Source: an uncultured Eubacteriales bacterium
GTDB lineage: Bacteria > Bacillota > Clostridia > Oscillospirales > CAG-382
Reading direction: 5' to 3'
NCBI GenBank assembly: GCA_900546385.1
Contig: URCT01000020.1
Span: 1 to 28,529 of the forward strand
DNA length: 28,529 nt
Position 1 is the first letter of the stretch. Every line of letters starts with the position of its first letter. The position numbers and the translations under genes were made by a program. Below are positions 7,617 to 16,359 of this stretch, one piece after another. The notes beneath the pieces were generated by a model. That model saw only the letters and a list, made by a program, of their open reading frames with translations. It ran no database searches and had not been told where the DNA came from.

Positions 7617-7686
7617 GTTGCATATATTAAGATGTATGCTTTTTGCAGCATACCATTTTTTACCGAAATACCGCGAGGTTATTCTC

Positions 7687-8532
7687 ATGCAGATAAACGA
7701 ACTTCCCATCGGCGTTTTTGACAGCGGTCTCGGCGGCCTTACCTCCGTGCGCGAGATCAAGAAAATCCTGCCCTGTGAAGACATTCTCTATTTCGGCGAC
7801 ACCGGTCGTCTTCCCTATGGCACGCGTTCGCCCGAGATCATTCAAAAATATGCCTGCGACGACATGAATTTTTTGCTCACCCATTCGGTGAAAGCCATTC
7901 TCGTCGCCTGCGGAACGGTCAGCTCCACGGCCATCGACCTGTTGCGCCGCAATTTTGATATTCCGATTTTCGGTGTGGTCGAACCGGCCTGCGAAAAAGC
8001 CGTGCGTCTGTCCGAAACCGGCCGGATCGCCGTGCTTGCCACGCCCTCCACCATTCGCACCGGCGCGTTTGACCGAACCATCGCCGCACGGCGGCCGGAG
8101 GCAAAGGTCTGCGGTGTGGGCTGCCCGATGTTCGTGCCGCTCGTCGAAAACGGCTATATCGCGCGCGACTGCGAAGTGACACGTTCCATCGCCGCCGAAT
8201 ATGTCTCCAAGCTTGTTTCCTTCGACCCGGACGTCATCATTCTCGGCTGCACACACTATCCGCTCATCAAAGATATTGTGGCAGACGCGGCGCAGACGCT
8301 TCTCGGCAAGCCGGTGACGCTTGTGGATTCCGGCAGTGCCGCTGCCGATGCCTTAAAAGTGCACTTACAAAGCGCAAAGCTCTTGAAGACAGGCTCAGAA
8401 AGCGGCAAGACCTCCTATTTTGTCAGCGACCGTCCCTACGATTTTGCCAAAACGGCGTCCTTATTCTTAGGCGAAGCCGCCGAAAACGTGACACAAATCG
8501 ATATCGAACGCTATTTGTATACCCGTTCGTGA
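7687..8532 (+). CDS. murI: Glutamate racemase
   Basis: Motifs VFDSGLGGLT, VACGTVSS and ILGCTHYP carry the two catalytic Cys contexts. GAGG sits upstream of the ATG at 7687. The longer ORF from 7468 runs across the promoter. Confidence 0.93.
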   Translation: MQINELPIGVFDSGLGGLTSVREIKKILPCEDILYFGDTGRLPYGTRSPEIIQKYACDDMNFLLTHSVKAILVACGTVSSTAIDLLRRNFDIPIFGVVEPACEKAVRLSETGRIAVLATPSTIRTGAFDRTIAARRPEAKVCGVGCPMFVPLVENGYIARDCEVTRSIAAEYVSKLVSFDPDVIILGCTHYPLIKDIVADAAQTLLGKPVTLVDSGSAAADALKVHLQSAKLLKTGSESGKTSYFVSDRPYDFAKTASLFLGEAAENVTQIDIERYLYTRS

Positions 8533-8553
8533 TTTTCCCGAAAGGCATATCCC

Positions 8554-9273
8554 ATGAAAATTTGCAATAAACGCGATTTTGCGATTAAAATATCCGGCAA
8601 TCATTATTTTGCCTGCGACTATGTTTTTTCCAACATTTACGGCGAAAGCGTCTTTTTTGACGACGGAGAACCGCGTGCCGACGACAGCGTTTTTGTCGGT
8701 TCTGCCGATTCGCCCGCCGACGATCCGTCCGGCTTTCCGGCTCTGTTCCCGTCAGCGGAGCTTTCCGAAGAGGTTCTGCGTGAAACCTTGCCCGAAACGC
8801 CGTTCGATGCGCTGGCCACCCTTCCCGACTGCACCAAAAAAATCGAATATATGACCGAAGGCTCGCTTTGTGACCGCGAAACGCCCGAACACGACGGCCT
8901 TTACATACGCTACGGCAGTGACGACGCGCCCATGTGCGTACACATCCGCGACGACGGCAGTGTTTCGGTCAGCGGCGATGAAGCGGACACGGCGGAAATC
9001 GTTTTCGAGCAAGGCAAACGCCATTTCATCGCACTGCCCGAAAGCTTATTTTCCAAAGAAGCACCGTTTGCCGACGCTTTTGCGGAAGACGCCGACACCT
9101 ACGAACGCCATGCGCCCATCCACTTATGCGTTTCCACCGAGAAAATCGATAACCGCATGACACCGCACGGCGGAAGCTTATCGGTCAGCTATTCCATCGA
9201 GGTCAACGGCATGATTGCCGAGGTCTCCGATTTCACCCTTACGGCCGATGCCCTGCGCCATGCAGCCGGCTGA
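8554..9273 (+). CDS. Hypothetical protein, DUF1934-like C-terminal half with an acidic N-terminal extension
   Basis: A 239-aa ORF starting 21 nt after murI. The C-terminal part (GLYIRYGSDD...VFEQGKRH...HLCVSTEKIDNRM...GGSLSVSYSIEVNG) resembles the DUF1934 beta-barrel pattern as I remember it. The RBS is weak (GAAAGG). Confidence 0.5.
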   Translation: MKICNKRDFAIKISGNHYFACDYVFSNIYGESVFFDDGEPRADDSVFVGSADSPADDPSGFPALFPSAELSEEVLRETLPETPFDALATLPDCTKKIEYMTEGSLCDRETPEHDGLYIRYGSDDAPMCVHIRDDGSVSVSGDEADTAEIVFEQGKRHFIALPESLFSKEAPFADAFAEDADTYERHAPIHLCVSTEKIDNRMTPHGGSLSVSYSIEVNGMIAEVSDFTLTADALRHAAG

Positions 9274-9311
9274 TTGTCCGAAAACGCGGACAAAGAAAGG
9301 ATTACACCAAA

Positions 9312-11132
9312 ATGCATTCCCTCAAAACCAAATTTATTGCCCTGTTTTTAGCCGTTTTCACCGCTTTTTCCTGCGTTGCCGCCGAAGTGACCGAACAAGG
9401 CGTGACACCGGAAAACGCCGCTGACGTACAGACCGCTTCCGACAGCGACACTTCTTCCGAAGCCGACAAGGCGGATAACGCAGAAAACGCCGAAGAAACC
9501 GAAAGCGATTCTGCCGACAAGGCAGAAGACGCGGCGGATGAAACGGAAAATGCCGAATCGGACAGCACGCCGAAGCAGAAGATCCCGTACTTCGTGCAGC
9601 CCTCCGACTATCTCTACCGCGCGTTCAACGAGGTCATGAACCTGTATGTTGACCGGCATCTGTACGAATTCACCCGTGAAGAGCTGTTGGAAAAATTCGC
9701 CTACGACATCATCAAAAACCATCCCGAAATGTATGAGGCTTTCTTAAACGACCTTCTCGGCACGATGGACAAGTACAGCGGCTATCACGAAAGCAGTTCC
9801 GGCTTTTTATCGGTCAAATCCTCCAACGCAGGCTTCGGTATCGTTCTTGTCGCTGACGGCGAAAACCTGAAAATCGACAAAGTGACGACCGATTCGCTTG
9901 CCGAAAAGGCCGGTTTGAAGCAAGGCGACATCCTGCGCAAGGTCATGAATTACGATATCGCCGGTCTTACCCTCAATGCCGTTTCAGAGCTGTTAAGAAG
10001 CAACTACGCGTATCTCAGCGTCAAAGGCGAAGACGGCAAGTATGCCGACTACAACCCGCTAACGGCTCTCACGGTCGAACGGGACGGCGTTCTGTACGAT
10101 TTTTATCTGCAAAAAGGCGTTGTCAACCGTGAGGAGCTTTCCTACGGATCGCTCACACAGCGTGACAAGGAAATCGGCTACATTCAGATTTCCAGCTTTT
10201 TGTCCGACTCGCTTCCGAAAGAATTCGAAAACGCCGTGCGCGATATTCATGCCAACGGCATGACCGGACTCATCATCGATTTGCGCGACAACGGCGGCGG
10301 TTCGCTCGATTTGGTCACTCACATGGCCGAATTGTTCGTCGATGAAGGCGAAATCATGCACTATCTGCACAGCCGCGACATGGAAACACCGCAAGAGGTA
10401 CGCTCCTCCTGCAAAGAACCGCTTAAATTCGAAAAAATCGCCGTGCTCGTCAATGAAAACACCGCCTCCGCGGCCGAACTCATGGCAAGCATTCTGCGCA
10501 ACAAGGCCGGTGCCGTGCTCGTCGGAAAAACCACCTACGGCAAAGCTCTCGGCCAAAGCGTCTACAACTTTGTCGGCGGCGATACCATCACCATCACCAC
10601 CTATGAGGTACTCGATGCCAACGGTGAAAGCTACAACGAAAAAGGCTTGGTGCCCGAATTAGAGCTTGACAACGTCGAATGCCTGTATGAATTCCCGACC
10701 GATCTCGGCGTGTTCAATCATCAGAATTACAGCGGCATTACAGCCGGCGTGTACAGCGACGCGTGCCTTGCCCTTGAAAAGCGGCTAGTCATGCTCGGTT
10801 ATTTGCAGTCAAGCCGCGCCGACGGCATTTGGGATGACGCTACCTCGCTTGCCGTGCGCATTTTGCAGGTTCGCTGCGGCGTCAATGCGCCGTATTTCGG
10901 TTACCTCGACGACGCAACCGTCACACGCATTACCGCTCTTGTCAACGGTTACAAAGAACGCACCTATTACGAAGACAGCCAGCTCGATGTGGCTCTCATC
11001 TATCATCAATCATTCTCCCAGGCAAAACGCCTGATTGCCGAAAAGCAAAAGCTCGCCAAAGACGAAAAACAGAAGATCGCGGAAAATGCCGCTCGTTTGG
11101 AAGCCTTGGACGATGCCGGGCTGTTAGGTTGA
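9312..11132 (+). CDS. S41-family C-terminal processing peptidase with PDZ and a peptidoglycan-binding-like C-terminus
   Basis: Contains an N-terminal signal sequence, a D/E/A/S-rich tract and PDZ-like [11 protein letters not shown]. The S41 region has NENTASAAE and [11 protein letters not shown]. The tail has a PG_binding_1-like [11 protein letters not shown]...[16 protein letters not shown]. Confidence 0.85.
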   Translation: MHSLKTKFIALFLAVFTAFSCVAAEVTEQGVTPENAADVQTASDSDTSSEADKADNAENAEETESDSADKAEDAADETENAESDSTPKQKIPYFVQPSDYLYRAFNEVMNLYVDRHLYEFTREELLEKFAYDIIKNHPEMYEAFLNDLLGTMDKYSGYHESSSGFLSVKSSNAGFGIVLVADGENLKIDKVTTDSLAEKAGLKQGDILRKVMNYDIAGLTLNAVSELLRSNYAYLSVKGEDGKYADYNPLTALTVERDGVLYDFYLQKGVVNREELSYGSLTQRDKEIGYIQISSFLSDSLPKEFENAVRDIHANGMTGLIIDLRDNGGGSLDLVTHMAELFVDEGEIMHYLHSRDMETPQEVRSSCKEPLKFEKIAVLVNENTASAAELMASILRNKAGAVLVGKTTYGKALGQSVYNFVGGDTITITTYEVLDANGESYNEKGLVPELELDNVECLYEFPTDLGVFNHQNYSGITAGVYSDACLALEKRLVMLGYLQSSRADGIWDDATSLAVRILQVRCGVNAPYFGYLDDATVTRITALVNGYKERTYYEDSQLDVALIYHQSFSQAKRLIAEKQKLAKDEKQKIAENAARLEALDDAGLLG

Positions 11133-11205
11133 CCGTTTCAAACATTCAAATTCCGTTCCGGAACACATTGCCGGACGTTTAACACAACTTCGGAGGAAAA
11201 CAAAC

Positions 11206-13746
11206 ATGGAAGAAATCAACAAGGCGCCCAACATTACACAGGTGGAAATAGCGACAGAGGTCAAACGCTCGTTCATCGACTACGCCATGTCGGTCATCGT
11301 GGACCGTGCGCTGCCGGACGTGCGCGACGGCTTAAAGCCGGTTCACCGCCGCATCCTCTACGCCATGAGCGAGGACGGCTTAACCAGCACCAAACCGTTC
11401 CGCAAATCGGCAATGACGGTCGGTAACGTGCTCGGTCACTATCATCCGCACGGCGACGCTTCAGTTTACGACGCGCTCGTCCGTCTTGCCCAGCCTTTCT
11501 CCATGCGCTATCCGCTCGTCGAGGGCCATGGTAACTTCGGTAACGTGGACGGCGACCCGCCTGCCGCTTACCGTTACACCGAAGCGCGCATGGCAAAGCT
11601 CGCCGACGAAATGCTTGCCGATATCGGCAAGGACGTTGTGGACTTCATGCCCAACTTCGATAACAAATCAAAAGAACCCACCGTGCTGCCGGCTCGTTTT
11701 CCGAATCTGCTTGTCAACGGTTCGGTCGGTATTGCCGTCGGTATGGCCACCAACATTCCGCCGCACAACATGAATGAGGTCATCGACGGCGTGATCCATC
11801 TCATGTATCACCCGGACTGCGACATTCCGGAGCTGATGAACTTCATCAAAGGCCCGGACTTCCCGACCTATGCCACCATTCACGGCACCGCCGGTATTTA
11901 CGAAGCGTATATGACCGGCCGCGGCAAGATCTATGTCCGTGCCAAGACCGAGTTTGAAGAGCATAACGGCAGAACCTCCATCATCGTTTCCGAAATTCCC
12001 TATCAGGTCAATAAGACCACGCTCATCGAAACCATGGCAAATCTTGTCAAGGACAAGCGCATCGAGGGCATTTCGGCCATCCGCGACGAATCCGGCAGAG
12101 CCGGTATGCGCATCGTGGTCGAGGTCAAGCGCGAAGCCAATGCCAATGTGGTTTTGAATCTGTTATTCAAATATACCCAATTGCAGGACACCTTCGCCGT
12201 CAATATGCTTGCCCTTGTCAACGGCGAACCGAAAACGCTCAACTTAAAGCAAATGCTCCGCCACTACATCGACTATCAGATGGAGGTCGTGGAACGCCGC
12301 ATTCGCTTTGATTTGAACAAAGCCAAAGCGCGCGCACACATCGTCGAGGGCTTGAAGATCGCCATTGACAACATCGACGAAGTTATTAAGATCATCCGCT
12401 TCACACCCGGCGGCATTCCCGAAGTCAAGAAAAAGCTCATTGAACGCTTTGAACTCACCGAAATCCAGGCAAATGAAATCGTCCAGATGCCGCTCGGTAA
12501 GTTATCCGGTTTGGAAATTGACAAGCTGCTCGAAGAATTGGATGCCTTACACGCCAAAATCAAGGAGCTGACCGACATTCTCGCCGACGACAACAAGGTT
12601 CACGACATTTTGCGCGACGAGCTTCTCGAAATCAAACGCCGCTATGGCGACGAACGCCGCACACGTATCGAAGCGGTCGCAAACGAAATCGTTCTCGAAG
12701 ACCTCATCGAACGCAAGGACTGCGTTATCACCATCTCCAACCATGGCTACATCAAGCGTATGCCGGTAGACACCTACACCGCCCAAAAACGCGGCGGCAA
12801 GGGCATTACCGCTATGAGCACCAAGGAAGAGGACTTCGTTCAGAACGTCTTTATCGCCAACAGCCACAATTATATCATGATGTTCTCCAACCTCGGCAAG
12901 GTGTTCGTCAAGAAAGCCTATGAACTGCCCGAAGCGTCCCGTACCGCCAAAGGCACCAACCTTATCAACATCGTTGAGCTTGCGCCCGAAGAACAAGTCA
13001 CGGCCTATGTGCCGCTTGAATCGCTGACCGACGAAAACCTGTATCTGACCATGGTTACCAAAAACGGCGTTATCAAGCGCACCTCGCTTGACCTTTACAA
13101 AAACATCCGCCGTGCAGGACTTATCGCCATCAATCTCGATGAGGGCGACGAATTACTGTACGTTCTCAAAACCGACGGCAGCTGCAACATGCTGCTTGCC
13201 ACGCACAACGGTCTTTCGGTCTACTTCGACGAAAACGACGCGCGTCCGCTCGGCAGAGGCGCACGCGGCGTAAGAGCCATCACGCTTGCCGAAAACGACT
13301 TTGTGGTCGGCGCGGTCGCCTGTGCCAAGGATGAAACGCGCACAGTGCTTACCATCACCGAAAACGGACTCGGCAAACGCACCGAGCTTGCCGAATTCTC
13401 GCTCCACAACCGCGGCGGCAAGGGCATGAAGTGCCACAACTTAAACAGCCGCACCGGACTTCTCAACGGCATTGCCTTGGTAAGCGACGATGACGACGTT
13501 ATGCTCATCACCAACACCGGCACCATCATCCGCACCCACGTCGACGAAATTTCGTTAATCGGACGCACCGCTTCTGGCGTTCGCGTCATGCGCACCGGCG
13601 ACGATGTGAAGATCACCGGCTTTACGGTGGTCGAAAAGAGCGACGAAGACGAAGCCGACGGTACCGAAGACGCAGAAAATGCGGAAACCGCCGAAACGAC
13701 GGACGAAACCGCAACCGAAGCGGCAGAACCCGAAGCAAACGAATAA
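11206..13746 (+). CDS. gyrA: DNA gyrase subunit A
   Basis: [14 protein letters not shown], catalytic-Tyr context [10 protein letters not shown], GyrA-box-like QKRGGKGI, C-terminal pinwheel repeats and an acidic tail. GGAGGA sits upstream of the ATG at 11206. Confidence 0.97.
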   Translation: MEEINKAPNITQVEIATEVKRSFIDYAMSVIVDRALPDVRDGLKPVHRRILYAMSEDGLTSTKPFRKSAMTVGNVLGHYHPHGDASVYDALVRLAQPFSMRYPLVEGHGNFGNVDGDPPAAYRYTEARMAKLADEMLADIGKDVVDFMPNFDNKSKEPTVLPARFPNLLVNGSVGIAVGMATNIPPHNMNEVIDGVIHLMYHPDCDIPELMNFIKGPDFPTYATIHGTAGIYEAYMTGRGKIYVRAKTEFEEHNGRTSIIVSEIPYQVNKTTLIETMANLVKDKRIEGISAIRDESGRAGMRIVVEVKREANANVVLNLLFKYTQLQDTFAVNMLALVNGEPKTLNLKQMLRHYIDYQMEVVERRIRFDLNKAKARAHIVEGLKIAIDNIDEVIKIIRFTPGGIPEVKKKLIERFELTEIQANEIVQMPLGKLSGLEIDKLLEELDALHAKIKELTDILADDNKVHDILRDELLEIKRRYGDERRTRIEAVANEIVLEDLIERKDCVITISNHGYIKRMPVDTYTAQKRGGKGITAMSTKEEDFVQNVFIANSHNYIMMFSNLGKVFVKKAYELPEASRTAKGTNLINIVELAPEEQVTAYVPLESLTDENLYLTMVTKNGVIKRTSLDLYKNIRRAGLIAINLDEGDELLYVLKTDGSCNMLLATHNGLSVYFDENDARPLGRGARGVRAITLAENDFVVGAVACAKDETRTVLTITENGLGKRTELAEFSLHNRGGKGMKCHNLNSRTGLLNGIALVSDDDDVMLITNTGTIIRTHVDEISLIGRTASGVRVMRTGDDVKITGFTVVEKSDEDEADGTEDAENAETAETTDETATEAAEPEANE

Positions 13747-13756
13747 AAACGCGGTC

Positions 13757-14251
13757 ATGACGCTTTACATTTACCCAAAGCACAAAACGCATACCCGTGC
13801 CGACACCGACCGGCTGATCGCGCAAAGCTTTGCCCGTTTTCAGCCGGATTCGCCCCAAATGCCGGCGATTCGCCGCACCGCAGCCGGAAAGCCCTCGTTT
13901 GAAGGCGGCTTTCCGGAACTTGGCGTGACGCATTCCGATTCGGTGGTTATCATCGCTCTTGCCGACACACCGTTCGGCATCGACTGTGAGGACAGGGATC
14001 GCCGCGTGAAGCACATGGACGCGCTATGCAAACGCTTTTTCGCGGCAGCCGAACAGGATTTTGTTCGAAACGCCGGTTCGGAAGAGGAAAAAACGCGCCG
14101 GTTTCTCGAAATCTGGGTCAAAAAAGAAGCGTATGTCAAATATACCGGCGAAGGCTTAAAAGCCCTATCCGCCGTCGATACCACCACCCTTTCCGGACGC
14201 TTTGAAAACCGTTCGGACGAACAACACATTCTTTATATCTATTATCCGTAG
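13757..14251 (+). CDS. 4'-phosphopantetheinyl transferase superfamily protein (short, Sfp-like)
   Basis: Motifs GKPSF, GVTHSDS, FGIDCE and WVKKEAYVKYTGEGL. Only 164 aa. The ATG is 10 nt after the gyrA stop. Confidence 0.7.
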   Translation: MTLYIYPKHKTHTRADTDRLIAQSFARFQPDSPQMPAIRRTAAGKPSFEGGFPELGVTHSDSVVIIALADTPFGIDCEDRDRRVKHMDALCKRFFAAAEQDFVRNAGSEEEKTRRFLEIWVKKEAYVKYTGEGLKALSAVDTTTLSGRFENRSDEQHILYIYYP

Positions 14252-14275
14252 TCCTATCCGAAAAGAGGAATTCCC

Positions 14276-15394
14276 ATGGCAGACAAAGTGCCGGTTTTCG
14301 GCAAAAGTCTTTTTGACTACATAAACGATGAAAATATGACACAAAATGAAAATGGTGTCAAGATTCCCGGCGACTGCACAAGTGCTTTCGAACGCGCTTT
14401 TGCCGACATATCCGAGAAGAAAAACGCGCTTTTGACAATTCCGGCCGGCGATTTTGCGGTGTATAAGCCGTTATGCCTGCCGAGCGGTCTGTTTCTCGAT
14501 GTGCATCCGCACGCGGAAATCGAGTTTTGCGGATTTGAAACAGACGAAAACGCCGAAAACATCCGCATTCGCGGCGGCGTTTGGCGCTTGCAGGGCGACG
14601 CGGCGGACGCGTGTGCCTTTGAGTTTTCGGAAGCACGCGGCATAACGCTTGAAAACGCCAAAATTTACAGCGGACGCGGCGCGGCCATCGGGTTTTGCGG
14701 CGGAAACGACATCCGCGTTGAAAACTGCTCGTTCTACGGAATTCCCGGAACAAGCGATACGGCAAGCGCCGGGATTCTTTTCGGCGGCACGTCGGACGAA
14801 GCTTCCTTAGAGGGCATTTATGCACACGGCTGTGACCGCTTGATCGAGATTACGCCCGGCTCTTGCTTAAAGCGTTTTTCGGCCAAAGCCGTCACCAGCG
14901 ACGACTGCCTGTATTTTCTGTACGGCGACCATGCGGACATTCAAAACGCGGTGCTGCATGAGCTTTCGGGCTGTGCACACGCGGATGCGGTCTATTTGGC
15001 AGACTGCACGATAGAAAAGCTCGAAATGCGCGGTCTTGATTTATACAACGGCTTTTTCATGTTTGCACGCAACAAAATCGGGAACGTGCGTTTGGAACGC
15101 TTCCGCCGCCGCTACGACCTCGACAAAAATGCCGCCACCAAGGCGACCTTATATATTTCCGGGCAGACGTGCGCCATCGCGGCCGACATTGTTTCGCTCG
15201 ATTCGATTTTGCGCACCGGCAAGCTTTGTCCGAATATCAAGCTTGCGGCTGCACGCCGCTCTTCACCGCTCATCCAGCCGGATACGCCGTTTGTCTATAC
15301 ATTTCACGCGGCGCTTTCCGAAACGGATACCTATATCATGCCGTCCGGCAGCTTTGACGACTTCACCATGACAAAAGCGGCAAAGGACAACTGA
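14276..15394 (+). CDS. Hypothetical protein, probable right-handed parallel beta-helix (pectate-lyase-fold) repeat protein
   Basis: 372 aa with AGAGGAA upstream of the ATG. LLTIPAGDFAVYKPLCLPSGLFLDVHPHAEI followed by repeated short (I/V)x(I/L)xN/G strands (ITLENAKIY, IRVENCSFYG) suggests the fold. No signal peptide is evident. Confidence 0.4.
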   Translation: MADKVPVFGKSLFDYINDENMTQNENGVKIPGDCTSAFERAFADISEKKNALLTIPAGDFAVYKPLCLPSGLFLDVHPHAEIEFCGFETDENAENIRIRGGVWRLQGDAADACAFEFSEARGITLENAKIYSGRGAAIGFCGGNDIRVENCSFYGIPGTSDTASAGILFGGTSDEASLEGIYAHGCDRLIEITPGSCLKRFSAKAVTSDDCLYFLYGDHADIQNAVLHELSGCAHADAVYLADCTIEKLEMRGLDLYNGFFMFARNKIGNVRLERFRRRYDLDKNAATKATLYISGQTCAIAADIVSLDSILRTGKLCPNIKLAAARRSSPLIQPDTPFVYTFHAALSETDTYIMPSGSFDDFTMTKAAKDN

Positions 15395-15427
15395 TTTTCA
15401 AACACTTCCGAAAGGATTTCACTCTTT

Positions 15428-16306
15428 ATGTGGTACACCTCCGATTTTAACGATTATGAGCTTTTGGACACCTCCGACGGCGAACGTCTCGAACGCTGGA
15501 AGGATATCCTTCTCATCCGTCCCGACCCACAGGTTCTGTGGAAAAATGTGCGCCGCCATCCGCTGTGGACAAAGGCAAACGCGCATTATCACCGTTCCGC
15601 CAAAGGCGGCGGCTCTTGGGAGATCAAGCATTTAGACGACGACCTGTTAAACAAAGGCTGGCGCATCGACCGCAAAAAAATGGCGTTTTGCGTGCGGCCG
15701 ACCGGCTTTAAGCACACCGGCGTTTTCCCGGAGCAGGCGGTCAACTGGGATTTCATTACGGAAAAAATCGAAGGTGCCGGAAGACCGGTCTCGGTTCTCA
15801 ACCTGTTTGCCTACACCGGCGGCGCAACGCTTGCCGCGGCAAGTGCGGGAGCGTCGGTCTGCCATGTGGATGCCTCAAAGGGCATTGTGGCATGGGCGAA
15901 AGAAAACGCGGCACTTTCGGGACTTCGTGACGCGCCCATCCGCTACATTGTGGACGACTGCAAAAAGTTCATCGAACGCGAGATCCGCCGCGGCCACACC
16001 TACGACGCCATCATCATGGATCCGCCGTCCTACGGCAGAGGTCCGGGCGGTGAGGTGTGGAAGCTTGAGGACGGTGTGGATGAGCTTGTGTCGCTTGCCG
16101 CAAGACTGCTTTCGGACAACGCACTGTTCATGCTCATCAATTCCTACACCGCAGGCCTTTCCGCGTCCACCATGGGCTATCTGTTGGAATTACACGTCCG
16201 CGCCTCTCACGGCGGCAAAGTAACTGCCGAAGAAATCGGCATTCCCGTCACCCAAACCGGCGCGATTCTTCCCTCCGGCAGCAGTGCACGGTGGGAAAAC
16301 GGCTGA
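15428..16306 (+). CDS. Class I SAM-dependent methyltransferase (RlmI/RlmK-like catalytic domain)
   Basis: Motif I LNLFAYTGGATLAAA, acidic HVDAS and motif IV IIMDPPSYGRG. Confidence 0.8.
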   Translation: MWYTSDFNDYELLDTSDGERLERWKDILLIRPDPQVLWKNVRRHPLWTKANAHYHRSAKGGGSWEIKHLDDDLLNKGWRIDRKKMAFCVRPTGFKHTGVFPEQAVNWDFITEKIEGAGRPVSVLNLFAYTGGATLAAASAGASVCHVDASKGIVAWAKENAALSGLRDAPIRYIVDDCKKFIEREIRRGHTYDAIIMDPPSYGRGPGGEVWKLEDGVDELVSLAARLLSDNALFMLINSYTAGLSASTMGYLLELHVRASHGGKVTAEEIGIPVTQTGAILPSGSSARWENG

Positions 16307-16359
16307 CCGTTTGCCAAAATGGAAATAACTCATTTTAATCAATATACAGGAGATCTTTC

